A stretch of DNA of 64,000 nt from the human T2T-CHM13v2.0 reference genome, Homo sapiens. The stretch is from NCBI RefSeq assembly GCF_009914755.1, contig NC_060926.1; one strand, given 5' to 3'. Below the pieces are notes generated by a model, which saw only the letters and a program-made list of their open reading frames with translations, searched no databases and was not told the origin of the DNA. The translations under genes were made by a program, and so were the position numbers. Positions 17,216 through 30,580 of the stretch are shown in pieces; the first letter of the stretch is position 1; each line of letters begins with the position of its first letter.

Positions 17216-18019
17216 AAAAAAAAAAGATATTCATTGCAAGTTGTGTGCTTTTCAAAGCCTCACACTGGAAAGGTGATTTTTGTGAAATATTTTATTACCC
17301 ACTCAAATGTTAAAATTATAATGTAAATTACTTCTAGTCTCATCATTTTATATTAAAAACCTATACTTAATTACATTTTTCTGGTTTGTGAATGTTCCTT
17401 TAAAATCCTAGCCTAGAAAAAATCCTTCAATTTATTCATGATGATGGTAGAAAAACACAATTATATTTGATCAGAACATTTTTACTTATTGCTTGCATTA
17501 GAAAATTTGAATCTAAAAATATGGTATTCAGAGCTAAAGAGGTAAAAATACTTGATTGTCAAATTCAATCTGCATAGTGAAATACTCAGATCTCATTGAA
17601 AAAGTATTAGTTAAGTTACAGAGAAAGCTCTTTGGTTTCTGTTACATGATATTTCAATATGGGGCTGGGTCCTAGATATTAGTAAGACAGAAAAGAATGT
17701 TAAAAACAAGCTTGGTCCAAGTCATAAGGTTCTCTGTTGTTTTTCTAATGTGTGCCAGTTATCAGATTGAATACAAAGGTCAATATTTATCTTAGCCATC
17801 AAGTAATGTGTTCTGCTCTGGACTCTAACACTCTAGGCCAGGGACTAAAGTGTTTTCCTCCTAGCTTCAATTCTCTGGTGGTAAGAAATGGTTCTCTTGT
17901 TTATCTACAGTTTTTTGTTTTTTTTTAATCCTGTGTTTTTGGACAAAATAGGGACAAACCACATTTAAAAATAATCTCTACCCATGCCCAGGCTCCTTCC
18001 ACTCTGTCACTCCTTCCAG

Positions 18020-18151
18020 CTGCCCTGGAGAGGTGTGTACAACTCTTCTGTTAACGAGCAGCTTAATGGCAGCTCGTGAGAAGTCTCATTGCATAAAGTC
18101 GGAGGAGGCACTAGCAACACAGAAGCAGAGTTGATTTGGTTGTGGGATAAA
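18020..18151 (+). pseudogene. Candidate exon A (ends ...TEAELIWLWDK)
   Basis: Pyrimidine tract ccactctgtcactccttccag, weak donor AAA|gtagaa, 132 nt, one TGA at 18077. Confidence 0.3.
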
Positions 18152-18692
18152 GTAGAAAATGGAAAGAATTGCCTTTTGTATCAGTCTAACTTTTCCTCTC
18201 CTTCTGAATAAAACATTATTGTGTAACAAAGGGCTTTTAAACAATTTCTTTCTTTCTTAAGTTGGCGATTTGACAAATACAGATTGTGTCATCCTGGGTT
18301 AAAGCCACTTCTTAGGGTGTGGAGTTACTTGATTCCGGCACTGTGGATCAGTGTGCTCAAAACATCTGACACCAGCTAGCTTTATGCCTCATTAATATTG
18401 TCTTAGATTTAGGGGGAAAAAAGGAATGAAGAGTAGGTTTCTCTTTGGGGTCTGGAAGAAGGGGAGCCACCGAGTTAACCGTCTTACCTAGTTAACCATT
18501 TTATAATGAAATCATAACTTTTTGTATAAAAAAGGTAGATAGAATGAATATATTCTATCATCATTTCTAATGATGGAAAAATTTGTCATCTAGACTTCTC
18601 CACTTAAAGTAGTAGCAAATTTGGGGCAGAAGCTATTGCTGCTGTTTAGCTTCCCCTCCTGACTACCAATCCTGGGTGTCTTGTCTGTACAG

Positions 18693-18788
18693 AAACTGTG
18701 CCTTGATGCTTCCAAGCAAGAGTATCTGACTCTGGAAGTATTTAGAGATGCTGTGTGCAGGCATCAGCTTGGTTGTATCTGGGAAGAT
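18693..18788 (+). pseudogene. Candidate exon B, degenerate EF-hand KLCLDASKQEYLTLEVFRDAVCRHQLGCIWED
   Basis: Acceptor gtcttgtctgtacag, donor GAT|gtatca, 96 nt, phase 0-0, no stop. Confidence 0.45.
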
Positions 18789-19549
18789 GTATCATTCTAA
18801 TGTTACGTGGCCAACTTTTAAACATTTTACTTGGAAAAAAGATAAGCATGAAGAAACATAGGAAAAGACATTCAATGACTTCTTTGTTCATGCAACCAAA
18901 AACGTCAGGCCAGCACTGTGTTTGAGACCTGGAGACAAAGACGGGGATGTCATGTGTTTGCTCTCATTGTAACTGGGAGACAAGAACCCAAGCAAACACT
19001 CAATGCAACACGATATATACCACAGTTGTAATTAAATTCTACGCAAAACGTTAGCAGGACCCAAATAGGAGTCACTGCCAGGGTGTTTAGTGAAGGGTTC
19101 ACTGAGCCTTTGACATTTGAACTGAGTCTAGAAGAAAGTCATTAACTCAGCAGAGAAAGGGGGGAAAAAGCAGAAGAAAAAGTATACAGTGGTTGAGAAG
19201 CACCAAACAACATGCTGTTTGGAGGAGAATTTAGAGTATTCTTGCTGTGGCTGCATGAGGATCATTTAAGAGAAGGATCAAAATGGGAAGTACCTGTGGG
19301 CCACGGGTGGAAAACTCAACAGGCTGCAGAGGCCAGGCAGGTAACCTGAGGCCAGGCAGGTAATGTAAATGACGTAAGTTAAGCAGCTTTAGGCACAAAA
19401 TGTATTTGCTGTGTGTGTCAGAGCTGATAGCTCACTGTAGGACACAAAAACCTCTAAAAATAGTGCATAAATTATATTTTCCCCCACAATGTGAGAGATT
19501 GTCTTTTTCCCCATACTCTTTCCAAAAATGAGTATTTACAGTTTTTTTT

Positions 19550-20815
19550 TTCATTCATTCATTCAACAAACATTTATTGAGTGCCTTTTATGTTAAAGTA
19601 TTATATTGGGAATTGAGGATGCTACAGCAAATAAAACAAAAATTCCTATCTTATGGAACTTACATTGTAATGAGAGAGGAGACAGAAAAAGAAGTAAAAT
19701 GTGCATTTGTCAAAGAAATGTTATGGAGAAAAATTAAGGAGGGAGAAGTAATAAGGAATGGGAGATAGTTTGGGTTTTAGATTGGATGACCTGGAAGGTC
19801 TCACCAGGAAGGTAGCCACTGAACAAAGACTGGAGAAGGTGAGGGGAGGGAACTATGGGAATGTTCATCTGTAGGAAGAACATTTCAAGCAGAGGAAACA
19901 GCATATGAAAGGACCTGAGGTGAGGTCATATCTGCCAGGGCAAGGGGGAAAAGGGAATGGGAGGAGGGAAGAGAGATTGTATAGAGCCTTTTAGGGAATT
20001 GTAAGGACTAAGGCTTCAGCTCTGAGCAAGTTGAAAAACTTTTGAGCAGAGGAGTGATAAGTGGGGTTTGTATTTTTAAAGACTCACTCTGGCTGCTGCG
20101 TGCAACCAGAATGAATCCCTTGGGGGAAGGGTGGAAGTACAGAGACCAGCTGCAAGGTGAGAGCTACTACACAGGGCAGACATGATGGTGGCTTGGCCCA
20201 GTGTGGTGGCAGCAAGGGTAGTAGGAAGTGGTTAGATTCTGGTTATATGTTAAAGATAGAGCACCAGCATTTCCGGACAGATTGGATGGGAGGTGTCACT
20301 AAAACAGAAATCCAGGGATAACTCTGAGGTGTTTGGCCTGAGTTATTAGAATGATAATATTATATTTACTATGGAGAAGATTATGAGGAGGAACAGTTTG
20401 GGAAAGAGGCAGAGCTCAATAATTTGGCTTTGAAAGTGTTAACTTTGGGATGCCTATCAGACAGTAAGCACACATTTAGAATAAGCAGCTGGACAGATGA
20501 GCCTGGAGTTAAAGAAGGAGGTCTGGACTATAAATATACATTTGGAATGTGTTGGTGTAGCAGTGTATATATAATGTTAAAACCATGAGACTTGGTGAGA
20601 TTAACTAGAATAGAGAAGAGGTCTAATGACTCAGCTCTGGAGTACTCTAACATTTAGAAGCAGGGAAAATGAGGAGGAATCAGCAAAGGAGACTGAGGAG
20701 AAACAGCCAGTGAGGTTGGAGAAAAACCAGGACAGTGTGTTATCCTGGAAACCAAGCAAATAAAGTTTTCAAAGGACGAGGGAATGAACAACTCGGTCAA
20801 ATGCGACTAATAGGG
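19550..20815 (-). mobile_element. L2a, resumes at about 28275-28420 after nested insertions
   Basis: tcattcattcattcaacaaacatttattgagtg tail and long L2 body motifs (cactctggctgctg, gaagtggttagattctgg, ggagactgaggag). Confidence 0.85.
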
Positions 20816-20819
20816 CAAC

Positions 20820-21229
20820 TGTTTCAGTCAGACTTTTTCTGAAATAGAACCAATAGGATGTGTGTATAGAGACTTTTTTTTAAGGAAATTAGCTCATGCA
20901 ATTATGGAGGCTAGCAAGTCCAAAATCTATAGGGTAGGTGGACAGGCTAGATATCCAGGAAGAGCTCATGATGTAATTCAAGTCCAAAGGTCATCTGCTA
21001 CACAATTCCTTCTTGCTCAAGGAAGGACAGTCTTTTGTTCTATTGAGGCCTTCAATTGATTGGATGAGGCCCGCCCATGTTACAGAGGGCAATCTGCTTT
21101 CCTCAAAATTGACTGTTGTAAGTGTAAATCTCATACCAAACCATGCTCACAGAAACATCCAAAAAGTGTTTGTCCAAATATTTGGACAATATGGCCCAGC
21201 CAAGTTGACACATGAAAATACTTATCACA
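20820..21229 (-). mobile_element. MLT2 (ERVL) solo LTR
   Basis: gaaatagaaccaataggatg, aaggaaattagctcatgcaattatggaggct, ccaagttgacacat...tatcaca. Confidence 0.85.
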
Positions 21230-23661
21230 TAAAGGAAGGGTGGAACAAGATGGTGGAATAGAAGCCTCCACCAATCTTACTGCTACAAGGATACCCATTT
21301 AAGAACTATCTACACACAAAAAAAACCTTCATAAGAACCAAAAATTAGGTGAGCACTGATAGTACCTGATTTTAACTTCATATTGCAGAAAGAGGCACTG
21401 AAGAGGTAAGAAAAACAGTTTTGAATCACTGATGCCACCCCTCCCCCATCCCCCGGGCAGCAGTGACGTGGTGCAGAGGACATTTCTATGCACTAGGGAG
21501 AGGGAGAGCCAGCATCTATGAGGCATTGAACTCAGTGTTGCGCTTACTGTAGCAGCAAAACCAGGCCAAACTCAGCTGACATCCGCCCATGGAGGGTGCA
21601 TTTAAAATAGCTCTAGCCAGAGTAGATTCACTAATGCTGGCAGTCGGAACTTGAGTTCCTGCAAGGCTTACCACTGCAGGCTAAAGTGTTCTGGTGCTTC
21701 AGATAAACTTGAAAGACAGTGTAAGCCACAAGGACTGCAACACCTAGGACAGCCCTAGTGCTTAACTGGGCCAGAGCCAGTGAACTGGGTGGGGCAGAGG
21801 GTTGGGGGCCACGCAAGCTACTGGGACATCATCTGGGACAGCTAAGGGAATGCGAGCATCACCCCTCCCTTAACCCCAGGTTGCACAGCTTGTGGCTTCT
21901 AAAGAGACCTCTTCTTTCTGCTTGAGGAGAGAAGACAGAAAAGTAGGGAGGACTTTGTCTTACCCTTTGGGTAGCAGCTCAGCCAGAGCAGAATAGGGCA
22001 CCAGTCAGAGTTGTGAGGCTCCTGTTCCAGGCCTTAGCTCCCAGATGACATTTCTAGATACATCCTGGGCCAGAAGGGAACTGACTGCCTTGAAATGAGG
22101 GATTCTGTGTGGAAGGATTTATGATCTGCTAACTGAAGAGTCCTTGGGCCCTGAATAACCCGCAGTGATTCCCAGGTACATCAGAGAACTTTGGGTGAGA
22201 CTCTGAGACTTCCTGGCTTCAGATGAGACTCAGCACATTCCCAGCTGTGTTGGCTACAGATTGAGACTCCATCTGTTTGAGAAAAGTGAAGGGACAAGTG
22301 AAGGGGACTTTGTCTTGCACCTTAGGTACCAGCTCGGCCACAGGTGGGTAGAGCACCAAGTGGGTTCCTGGGGGCCCCAGTGCTAGTACTTGGCTTTTGG
22401 GTGGCATTTTTGGATTGGCTCTGGGCCAGAGGGGAGCCTGTTGCCCTGAAGGGTGAGTCTCAGGTCAGGCGGCAATCACCATAAGCTGACCTAAGAGCCC
22501 TCAGGCCTTAGGAAACATCAATGGTGGTCTGGCAGTACTCTTTGTGGGCCTGAGGTAGCAGTGGCCATGGGGTGAGGCCCCTTCACCTTTGGAGAGGAGT
22601 AGGAAGAGTTGGAAGGACTGTGACTTGTGGTTTGAGTGCCAGCTCAGCCACAGAAAAATTGAGCACCAGGTAGACTTCAAAAGTTTTTGACTTTAGACCC
22701 TTACTCCCACATGGCCTCTATGGATCGTCCCAGGACCTGGGAGAACTTGCCACCCTGAAGGGAGGAACACAGGACTGGCTGGCTTTGCACCGGCTGACTG
22801 TAGAGCCCTGGGGCTTTGCATGAACATAGGTGGTAGCCAGGAAGTGATTACAGCAGGTTTTGGGCAAGACCCAGTGCTGTGCTGGCTTCAGGTTTGACCC
22901 AGTGCAGTCATAGGGGTAGTGGCCATAGGGGTGCTTGTGTCACTCCACCTCCAGCTCCAGGTGGCTCAGAGCAGAAAAGAAACTCCATTTGCTTGGGAGA
23001 AAGTAAGGAAAGAGAACAAGAGTTTCTACCTTGTAATCCAGAGAATTCTTCCAGACCTTGTCCAAGACCATGAAGATGGTACATCTGTGAGTCTGTGAGA
23101 ACCACAGCACTATGGTGCTTGGGGTTCCCCTTAAAGCAGATACAGCTTAAATTGCAGTACCCACATTCTTTCAAATAGCTGGAAAGCTTTCCAAAGAAAG
23201 ACAGGTATGAACAAGCCCAGACTGCAAATACTGCAATAAATACCTAACTCTTCAGTCCCCAGACACCAGTGAACATCTACAAGTATCAAGGCAATCCAGG
23301 AAAACATGAACTCACTAAATGAACTAAATAAGGCACCAGGGATCGATCCTGGAGAAACAGAGATATGTGACCTTTCAGACAGAGAATTCAAAATAGCTAT
23401 TTTGAGGAAACTCAAAAGAAATTCAAGATAACACAGAGAAGGAATTCAGAATTCTAACAGATAAATTTAACAAAGAGATTAAAATAATTAAAGAGAATCA
23501 AACAGAAATCCTGAAGCTGAAAAATGCAATTGGCATACTGAAGAATGCATCAGGGTCTTTTAACAGCAGAATTGATCAAGCAGAAGAAAGAATTAATGAG
23601 CTTAGAAACAGGCTATTTGAAAATACACAGTCAGAGGAGACAAAATAAAAAATTAAAAACA

Positions 23662-23998
<337 letters not shown>

Positions 23999-24627
23999 CT
24001 ACAAGATCTAGAAAATAGCCTCAAAAGGGCAAATCTAAGAGGTATTGGTCTTAAAGAGGAGGTAGAAAAAGAGATGGGATAGAAAGTTCATTCAAAGGGA
24101 TAATAACAGAGAACTCAAACCTAGAGAAAGATATCAATATTCAAGCACAAGGAAGTTATAGAACACCAAGCAGATTTAACCTCAAGGCATTTAATAAATA
24201 AGCTCCCAAAGGTCAAGGATAAAGAAAGGATCCTAAAAGGCACAAGAGAAACAAAACAAATCACATACAATGGAGGTCCAATATATCTGGCAGCAGACTT
24301 TTCAGTGGAAACCTTATAAGCCAGGAGAGAGTGGCATGACATGTTTAAAGTGCTAAAGGAAAAATCCTTTAACCTAGAATAGTACATCTGCTGAAATTAC
24401 CCTTCAAACATGAAGAAGAAATAAACACTTTCCCAGACAAACAAAAGCTGAGGGATTTCATCAACACCAGACCTGTCCTGTAAACAATGCTAAAGGGAGC
24501 TTTTTAATCAGAAAGAAAAAGACAATAATGAGCAAGAAGAAATCATCTGAAAGTACAAAACTCAGTGGTAATAGTAAGTACACAGAAAAGTACAAAATAC
24601 TGTAACACTGTAACTGTGGTGTGTAAA

Positions 24628-24927
24628 TTTTTTTTTTTTTTTTTTTTTGAGACAGAATCTCGCTCTGTTGCCCAGGCTGGAATGCAGTGGCGCAATCTTG
24701 GCTCACTGCAAGCTCTGCCTCCCGGGTTCACGGCATTCTTGCCTCAGCCTCCTGAGTAGCTGGGACTACAGGCGCCCACCACCATGCTCAGCTAATTTTT
24801 TGTATTTTTAGTAGAGACAGGGTTTCACTATGTTACTCAGGATGGTCTCGATCTCCTGGCCTCGTGATCCACCCGCCTCGGCCTCCCAAAGTGCTGGGAT
24901 TACAGGCGTGAGCCACCGCGTCTGGCC
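24628..24927 (-). mobile_element. AluY/Sc inside L1MA
   Basis: T tract, gcaagctctgcctcccgggttcacg, ggatggtctcgatctcc. Confidence 0.93.
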
Positions 24928-25130
24928 TGTAAAATATTTTTATCATAGGTAAAAAGACTAAACAATGAACCAGTGAAAAATAAGAGCTGCCACAACTTTT
25001 CAAGACATAGAGAGTACAATAAGATATAAACAGTAACAAAAAAAGTTAAAAAGCAGGGGGACAAAGTTAATGTGTAGAGTGTTGTCTTCTTTTTGCTTGC
25101 TCCTTTGTTTGTTTTTTTATGCAAACATTG

Positions 25131-25581
25131 TGTATTGGTCCATTTTCATACTGCTGTAAAGAAATACCTGAGCGTGAACCCGGGAAGCAGAGCTTGCAGT
25201 GAGCCGAGATTGCGCCACTGCAGTCCGCAGTCCGGCCTGGGGGACAGAACGAGACTCCGTCTCAAAAAAAAAAAAAAAAAAAAAAAGAAATACCTGAGAC
25301 TGGGTAATTTATAGAGAAAAAGAAGTTTAATGGACTCACAGTTAAACATGGCTGGAGAATCCTCACAATTATAGTGGAAGGTGAAGGAGGAGCAAAGTCA
25401 CATCTTACATGGTGCACACCATTAGATCTCATGAGACTTATTCACTGTCATGAGAACAGCACGAAAAAACCCACCCCCATGATTCAATTACCTCCCACCA
25501 GGTCCCTCCCAAGACATGTGGGGATTATGGGACCTACAGTTCAAGATAAGATTTGGGTGGGGACACAGCCAAACCGTATCA
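25131..25581 (-). mobile_element. THE1 solo LTR inside the L1MA inter-ORF region
   Basis: tgtattggtccattttcatactgctg...ggggacacagccaaaccgtatca; TSD CATTG/CAGTG. Confidence 0.9.
25173..25283 (+). mobile_element. 5'-truncated AluYb8/Yb9
   Basis: Diagnostic 7-bp duplication GCAGTCC-GCAGTCC (25220-25233); pure poly(A); perfect 15-bp TSD AAAGAAATACCTGAG (25158-25172, 25284-25298). Confidence 0.93.
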
Positions 25582-27894
25582 CAGTGTTAAGTTGTTGTTA
25601 GCTTAAAATAATAGGTTATAAGATAGTATTTGCAAGCCTCATGGTAACTTCAAACCAAAATCATACAACAGATACACAAAAAGTAAAAAGCAAGAAACTA
25701 AATCATATAACCAAAGAGTATCACCTTCACTAAAAGGAAGACGGAAAGGAAAGAAAGAAGGAAGAGAAGACCACGAAACTAGCAGAAAACAAATCACTTA
25801 CTTATCAATAATAACATTGAATGTAAATGGATTAAACTCTCCAATCAAAAGACATAGATGAGCTGAATGGATTTTTAAAAAACAAGATCAATGATCTGTT
25901 ATCCATAATAAACACACTTCACCCATAAAGACACACACAGACTGAAAATAAAGGGATAGAAAAAGATACTCCATGCCAATGGAAACCAAAAAAGAGCAGT
26001 AAACCAATAAAATAACTATACTTATATCAGACAAAACAGATTTCAAGACAAAAATTATCAGAAGAGACAAAGAAGGTCACTGTATAATGATAAAAGGGTC
26101 ACTTCAGCAAGAGGATATAACCATTTTAAATATACATGCACCCAATACTGAAGCACCCAGCTATATAAAGCAAATATTATTAGAGCTAAAGAGACAAATA
26201 GACCCCAATACAATAATAACTGGAGACTTCAACACCCCACTTTCAGCATTGAACATATCTTCCAGACAGAAAATCAACAAAGAAACATTGGACTTAATCA
26301 GCACTACAGACCAAATGGACCTAATAGATATTTACAGAGCATTTCACCCAATGGCTACAGAGTACACATTCTTTTCCTCAGCACATGGATTATTCTCAAG
26401 GATAGATCACAAAACAAGTCTTAAAACATTCAATAACACTGAAATAATATCAAGCATCTCTTCTCATCACAATGGAATAAAACTAGAAATCAATAACAAA
26501 ATGAATTTTGAAACTGTACAATTCCATGGAAATTAAACAGTATGTGCCTGAATGACCACTGGGTCAATGAAGAAATTAAGAAGGAAATCGAAAAATTTCT
26601 TAAGACAAATGATAATGAAGACATAACATACCAACACCTATGGGTACAGCAAAAGCACTACTAAGAGGAAAGTTTATAGCTATAAATGCCTACATAAAAA
26701 ATAAGAAAAACTTCAAATAAACAATAGAATGATACATATTAAAGAAATAGAAAAGTAAAACAAACCAAAACCCCAAAAAACAAAAGAAAAGAAATAATAA
26801 AGATCAGAGCAGAATAAATGAAATTAAAATGCAGAAAACAACACAAAAAATTAATGAAACAAAAAGTTGGTTTCTTGAAAAGTTAAACAAAATTGATAAA
26901 CCCTTAGCCAGATTAGCTAAGTAAAACAGAAGACATGCAAATGGCAAACAGACATATGAAAAGATGCTCAACATCATTAATCATCAGAGACATGCAAATC
27001 AAAACTATAATGAGATGTTATCCCGTCCCAGTTAAAATGGCTTATATCCAAAGATAGGCAATAACAAATGCTGGTGAGGATGTGGAGAAAAGGAAACCCT
27101 CGTATACTGTTGGTGGGAATGTAAATTCGTACAAACACTATGGAAAACAGTTTGGAGATTCCTCAAAAAACTAAAAATAGAGCTACCATACTATCTAGCA
27201 ATCCCACTGCTATATATACCCATAAGAAAAGGACTCAGTATATTGAAGAGATATCTGCACTCCCATGTTTGTTGAGGCACTGTCCACAATAGCCAAGATT
27301 TGGAAGCAACCGAAGTGTCCCATCAACAGATGAATAGATAAAGAAAATGTAGTATTTATACACAATGGAGTACTATTCAGCCATATAAAGAATGAGATTC
27401 AGTCATTTGCAGCAACATGGATGGAACTGGAGGTCATTATGTTAAGTGAAATAAGCCAAGTACAGAAAGACAGACATTGCATGTCCTCATTTATTTGTGG
27501 GATCCAAAAATCAAAATAGTTGAATCCATAGAGATAGAGAGTAGAAGGATGGTTACGAGAGTTTGGGAAGGGTAGTGGGGTGGTTGGGGGGAGGTGGGGA
27601 TTGTTAATGGATACAAAAAAATAGAATGAATAAATAAGACCTAGTATTTGATAACACAACAGGGTGAGCACAGTCAATAATAGTTTTACATTTTAAAATA
27701 ACTAGCAGAGCATAATTGCATGGTTCATAACACAAAGAATAAATACTTGAGGGGATAGATACACCATTTTTCATTATGTGATTATTATGCATTGCATGCT
27801 TGATCAAAACATCTCATGAACCCCATAAATATATACACCTATATGTACCCACAAAAATTAAAAATAAAAAAATTAAAAATATCATCACAGCAAG

Positions 27895-28274
27895 GACTAT
27901 ATGGTTTGAATATTTGTGTTCCTCCCAAAACTCATGTTGAAAGTGAATCTCCTATGCAACATTATTAAGAGGAGGGACTTTTAGGAAGCGATCAGCCCAT
28001 GAGGGCTCTGCCTTCATGAATGGATTAGTGTCCTTATAAAAGGGCTCAAGGGAGGGAATTTGGTCTGTTTTGTGCTTCCATACTTTGACCTTGTGAGGGC
28101 ATAAGGGCATAGTTGGTGTCACCTATGAGAAATAAGCCTTCATCAGGCACTGAACCCGTCAGTGCCTTGATCTCGGACTTCCCAGTCTCCAGGACCATGA
28201 GAAATAAATTTCTGTTACTTATAAATTACTCCATGTCAGGTATTCTATTATGGCAGAACAAACAGACTGAGACA
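27895..28274 (+). mobile_element. MST/MLT1A-type MaLR LTR
   Basis: ctatatggtttgaatatttgtgttcctccc...aataaatttctgttacttataaattac...gactgagaca. Confidence 0.85.
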
Positions 28275-29142
28275 AGGAGTAAGATGAGGTGCAAAAGTGA
28301 CCCTTGCACTTGGAGATTATTGGTGACCTTAGGAAAAGCAGTTTTGATGGAATGATGGGAGAGGAAGTTTGATTGAAAGGGGTTCACAAGAAAATGGGAG
28401 AAAGGTCTTATTTTGCTACAAAACGATAATGCCATGCACTTCTAGGCTTACACGATTTGGGGGAATGAAAGCAAAGCAGTGGGCTATAAGTCACCAGGTC
28501 AGACTGACCCAGAGAAAGTGTCCTGGGGCAAGTTGGAGAACTGATGAAGAGCAGCTCTCACAAAGCCAGAAACCTGGAGAGGAGTTACGGTGGTTCCAGA
28601 TTACTAGTGGGGCATGTGGCTCCACACAGAAGATGAGTTTTGGAGAAACACATCTTCAGATTAGGACTCCAGGATTCCCACAGATTAAAATCAATTAAAT
28701 GGGAGTTCATAATCAACGGTTATAAAAAATATAAACAAGCAAATTCATGAAAGTATCAGAAATAACCAACATCACATTTAGTTCAATCGGAGTTTCACAT
28801 ACTGGAATGATCAGACAAAGAATATGAAACAAATTATATGAAATGTTTAATGTTTTAAAAGATAGAAACACAAAAATTAAGCAAGCAATAAGAGGCTCTT
28901 CTATAAGACCAGGCAAATTTGAAGACAAACCAAATAAAGCTCTTAGAAGTTAAAAAAATAGAATTGCTGAGGTAAAAAGTTTCAATTGATTGGTTAAAGC
29001 ACACATTAGGCAGAGCTAAATCAAAATATTGGCAAATTCGAGGACCCATCTGAAGAAATGATACAAAGTGCAGCCCAGAACACAAGCAGATAAAATATAT
29101 GAAATGTTAAGAAATATGCAAACAGTCTTATCAAATTAATAG

Positions 29143-29257
29143 GAAGAGAGAAAGAGAAAGCCCATTTGCTTCAAAGGCCTAGCAGCTCACCAAGCAGGTG
29201 GGCAGAAGATAAAATCCATAGGCTCATGCACACTAATACTGAACCAGAAAATCTGAG
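29143..29257 (+). pseudogene. Candidate exon C (REKEKAHLLQR...AEDKIHRLMHTNTEPENL)
   Basis: Open 37-codon frame between weak acceptor aattaatag and GAG|gttgat; charged, helical composition; abuts an L1 fragment. Confidence 0.2.
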
Positions 29258-29569
29258 GTTGATCCGACTAATATTTTTTCCTTTGCGGGCTGTGGAGGAG
29301 GGGGTGGGAAAATGCAGAGCCAGCAGGAGTTTCTCATCCTAGTTATTAATAATAAATGAAATGCATAAATTGTGGAAGCACTTGCAATGTGCATGCTTTA
29401 AGATCTTCCTGTAAAATTAATCTTGCCATGTGACATCAGAATTCTCCTGTGAGTAATTTCTTTTTCTGTAGCTACAAAATATTTATGTTTCTGTTATTTA
29501 TAAAAACCAAAATTCAAATATTCTTTCAAGCCATTATCTTCTTTTTCCTTCCATTCAGTGACAACTTCC

Positions 29570-30580
29570 TTGTGCGTGAAAAATATCCAGAATTGAAATG
29601 ATTACTTGTTCACCATTCATTCACTACTTGCAGCCTCCCCACTAAATCAACTGACATAGTTCTTTCAAAGTTAACAATGACTACTTAATTATCATATTCA
29701 GTGATTTTTTCCCTCTCTTCCCTCTTTATAGTACTTGATACTGTTAACCACTCATTCCCTTTTTCTTTTAATCAACAAATAGTTATTAGGTTTTCACCAG
29801 TCTCTAAACTAGGATCTGGGGATGAAAAGGACATTCTCTGATGTCAAATGTTGTTCAGTCTATTTATCAAAGAAGATGTGCACAAACTATGTGATATAAA
29901 GCAGTAAAGGCAAAAAGTAGAACCACAAATGAGGGAGAAATTACCTCTACCCAGGGAAGTCATGAATGGCTTTACACATGAGTCTTCTAGAAAGACAGTG
30001 TGTGTTGACCAGGTGGATGCAAACAGGCTATGGCATCATTAGTGGCAGAGGAAGTACATGACCAAAGGTGCAGAGACATAAAGCATCCAGGTCTGCTGAG
30101 GGCACTGCAAATAGCTCAGTATGTCTAGAACATAGGAACCAAGCTGGGCTTCACAGCTAGAATGAAAGGCAATGCAAAATAACAGAAGACTTTGAACTTA
30201 TCAAAGGAATTTGGACTTAAACCTATAGGCACTACACAAGGTGCTAACAAAGTTCTCCTTCTCCTTTTTGCCCTTCTTAATACACTAGTATTTTGCAAAT
30301 AACACACTTACTTGCAAGTAGATGGAAGCTGGATTGGAAGGCTATAAGACTGAAGGTAGAAGACCATGTGGGAAACTTGAACTTCTGAGTGAGAAAGGAT
30401 AAGCATCTGAACTAAGAAGGAGGCAGACAGATGTGAGAGGTGGTGGACTGAGTGAATGACAGTCCCATTGGGAGAGAGGGTATACAAGGCAAAGGAGCAG
30501 GGTTTGGGAGGATGTTCTCAGGGATGAGGAGTGTGGGCTAACTGGGCATCCCAAAAGGGGACTAATCCAATTGGTGACCA
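29570..30580. mobile_element. L2 fragments
   Basis: ctttcaaagttaacaatgac, tcaacaaatagttattagg, aaggaatttggacttaaacctatagg motifs. Confidence 0.6.

Noticed and set aside
18262-18380. Acceptor tttctttcttaag followed by WRFDKYRLCHPGLKPLLRVWSYLIPALWISVLK
   Set aside because: Protein-looking, but no convincing donor, and its phase does not fit between candidate exons A and B; left out of the model.
19329-19363. Direct repeat GAGGCCAGGCAGGTAA x2 containing CAG|GTAA donor-like sites
   Set aside because: Resembles the end of an old hAT-Charlie fragment with a local tandem duplication; no upstream acceptor or frame linking it to the exon series.
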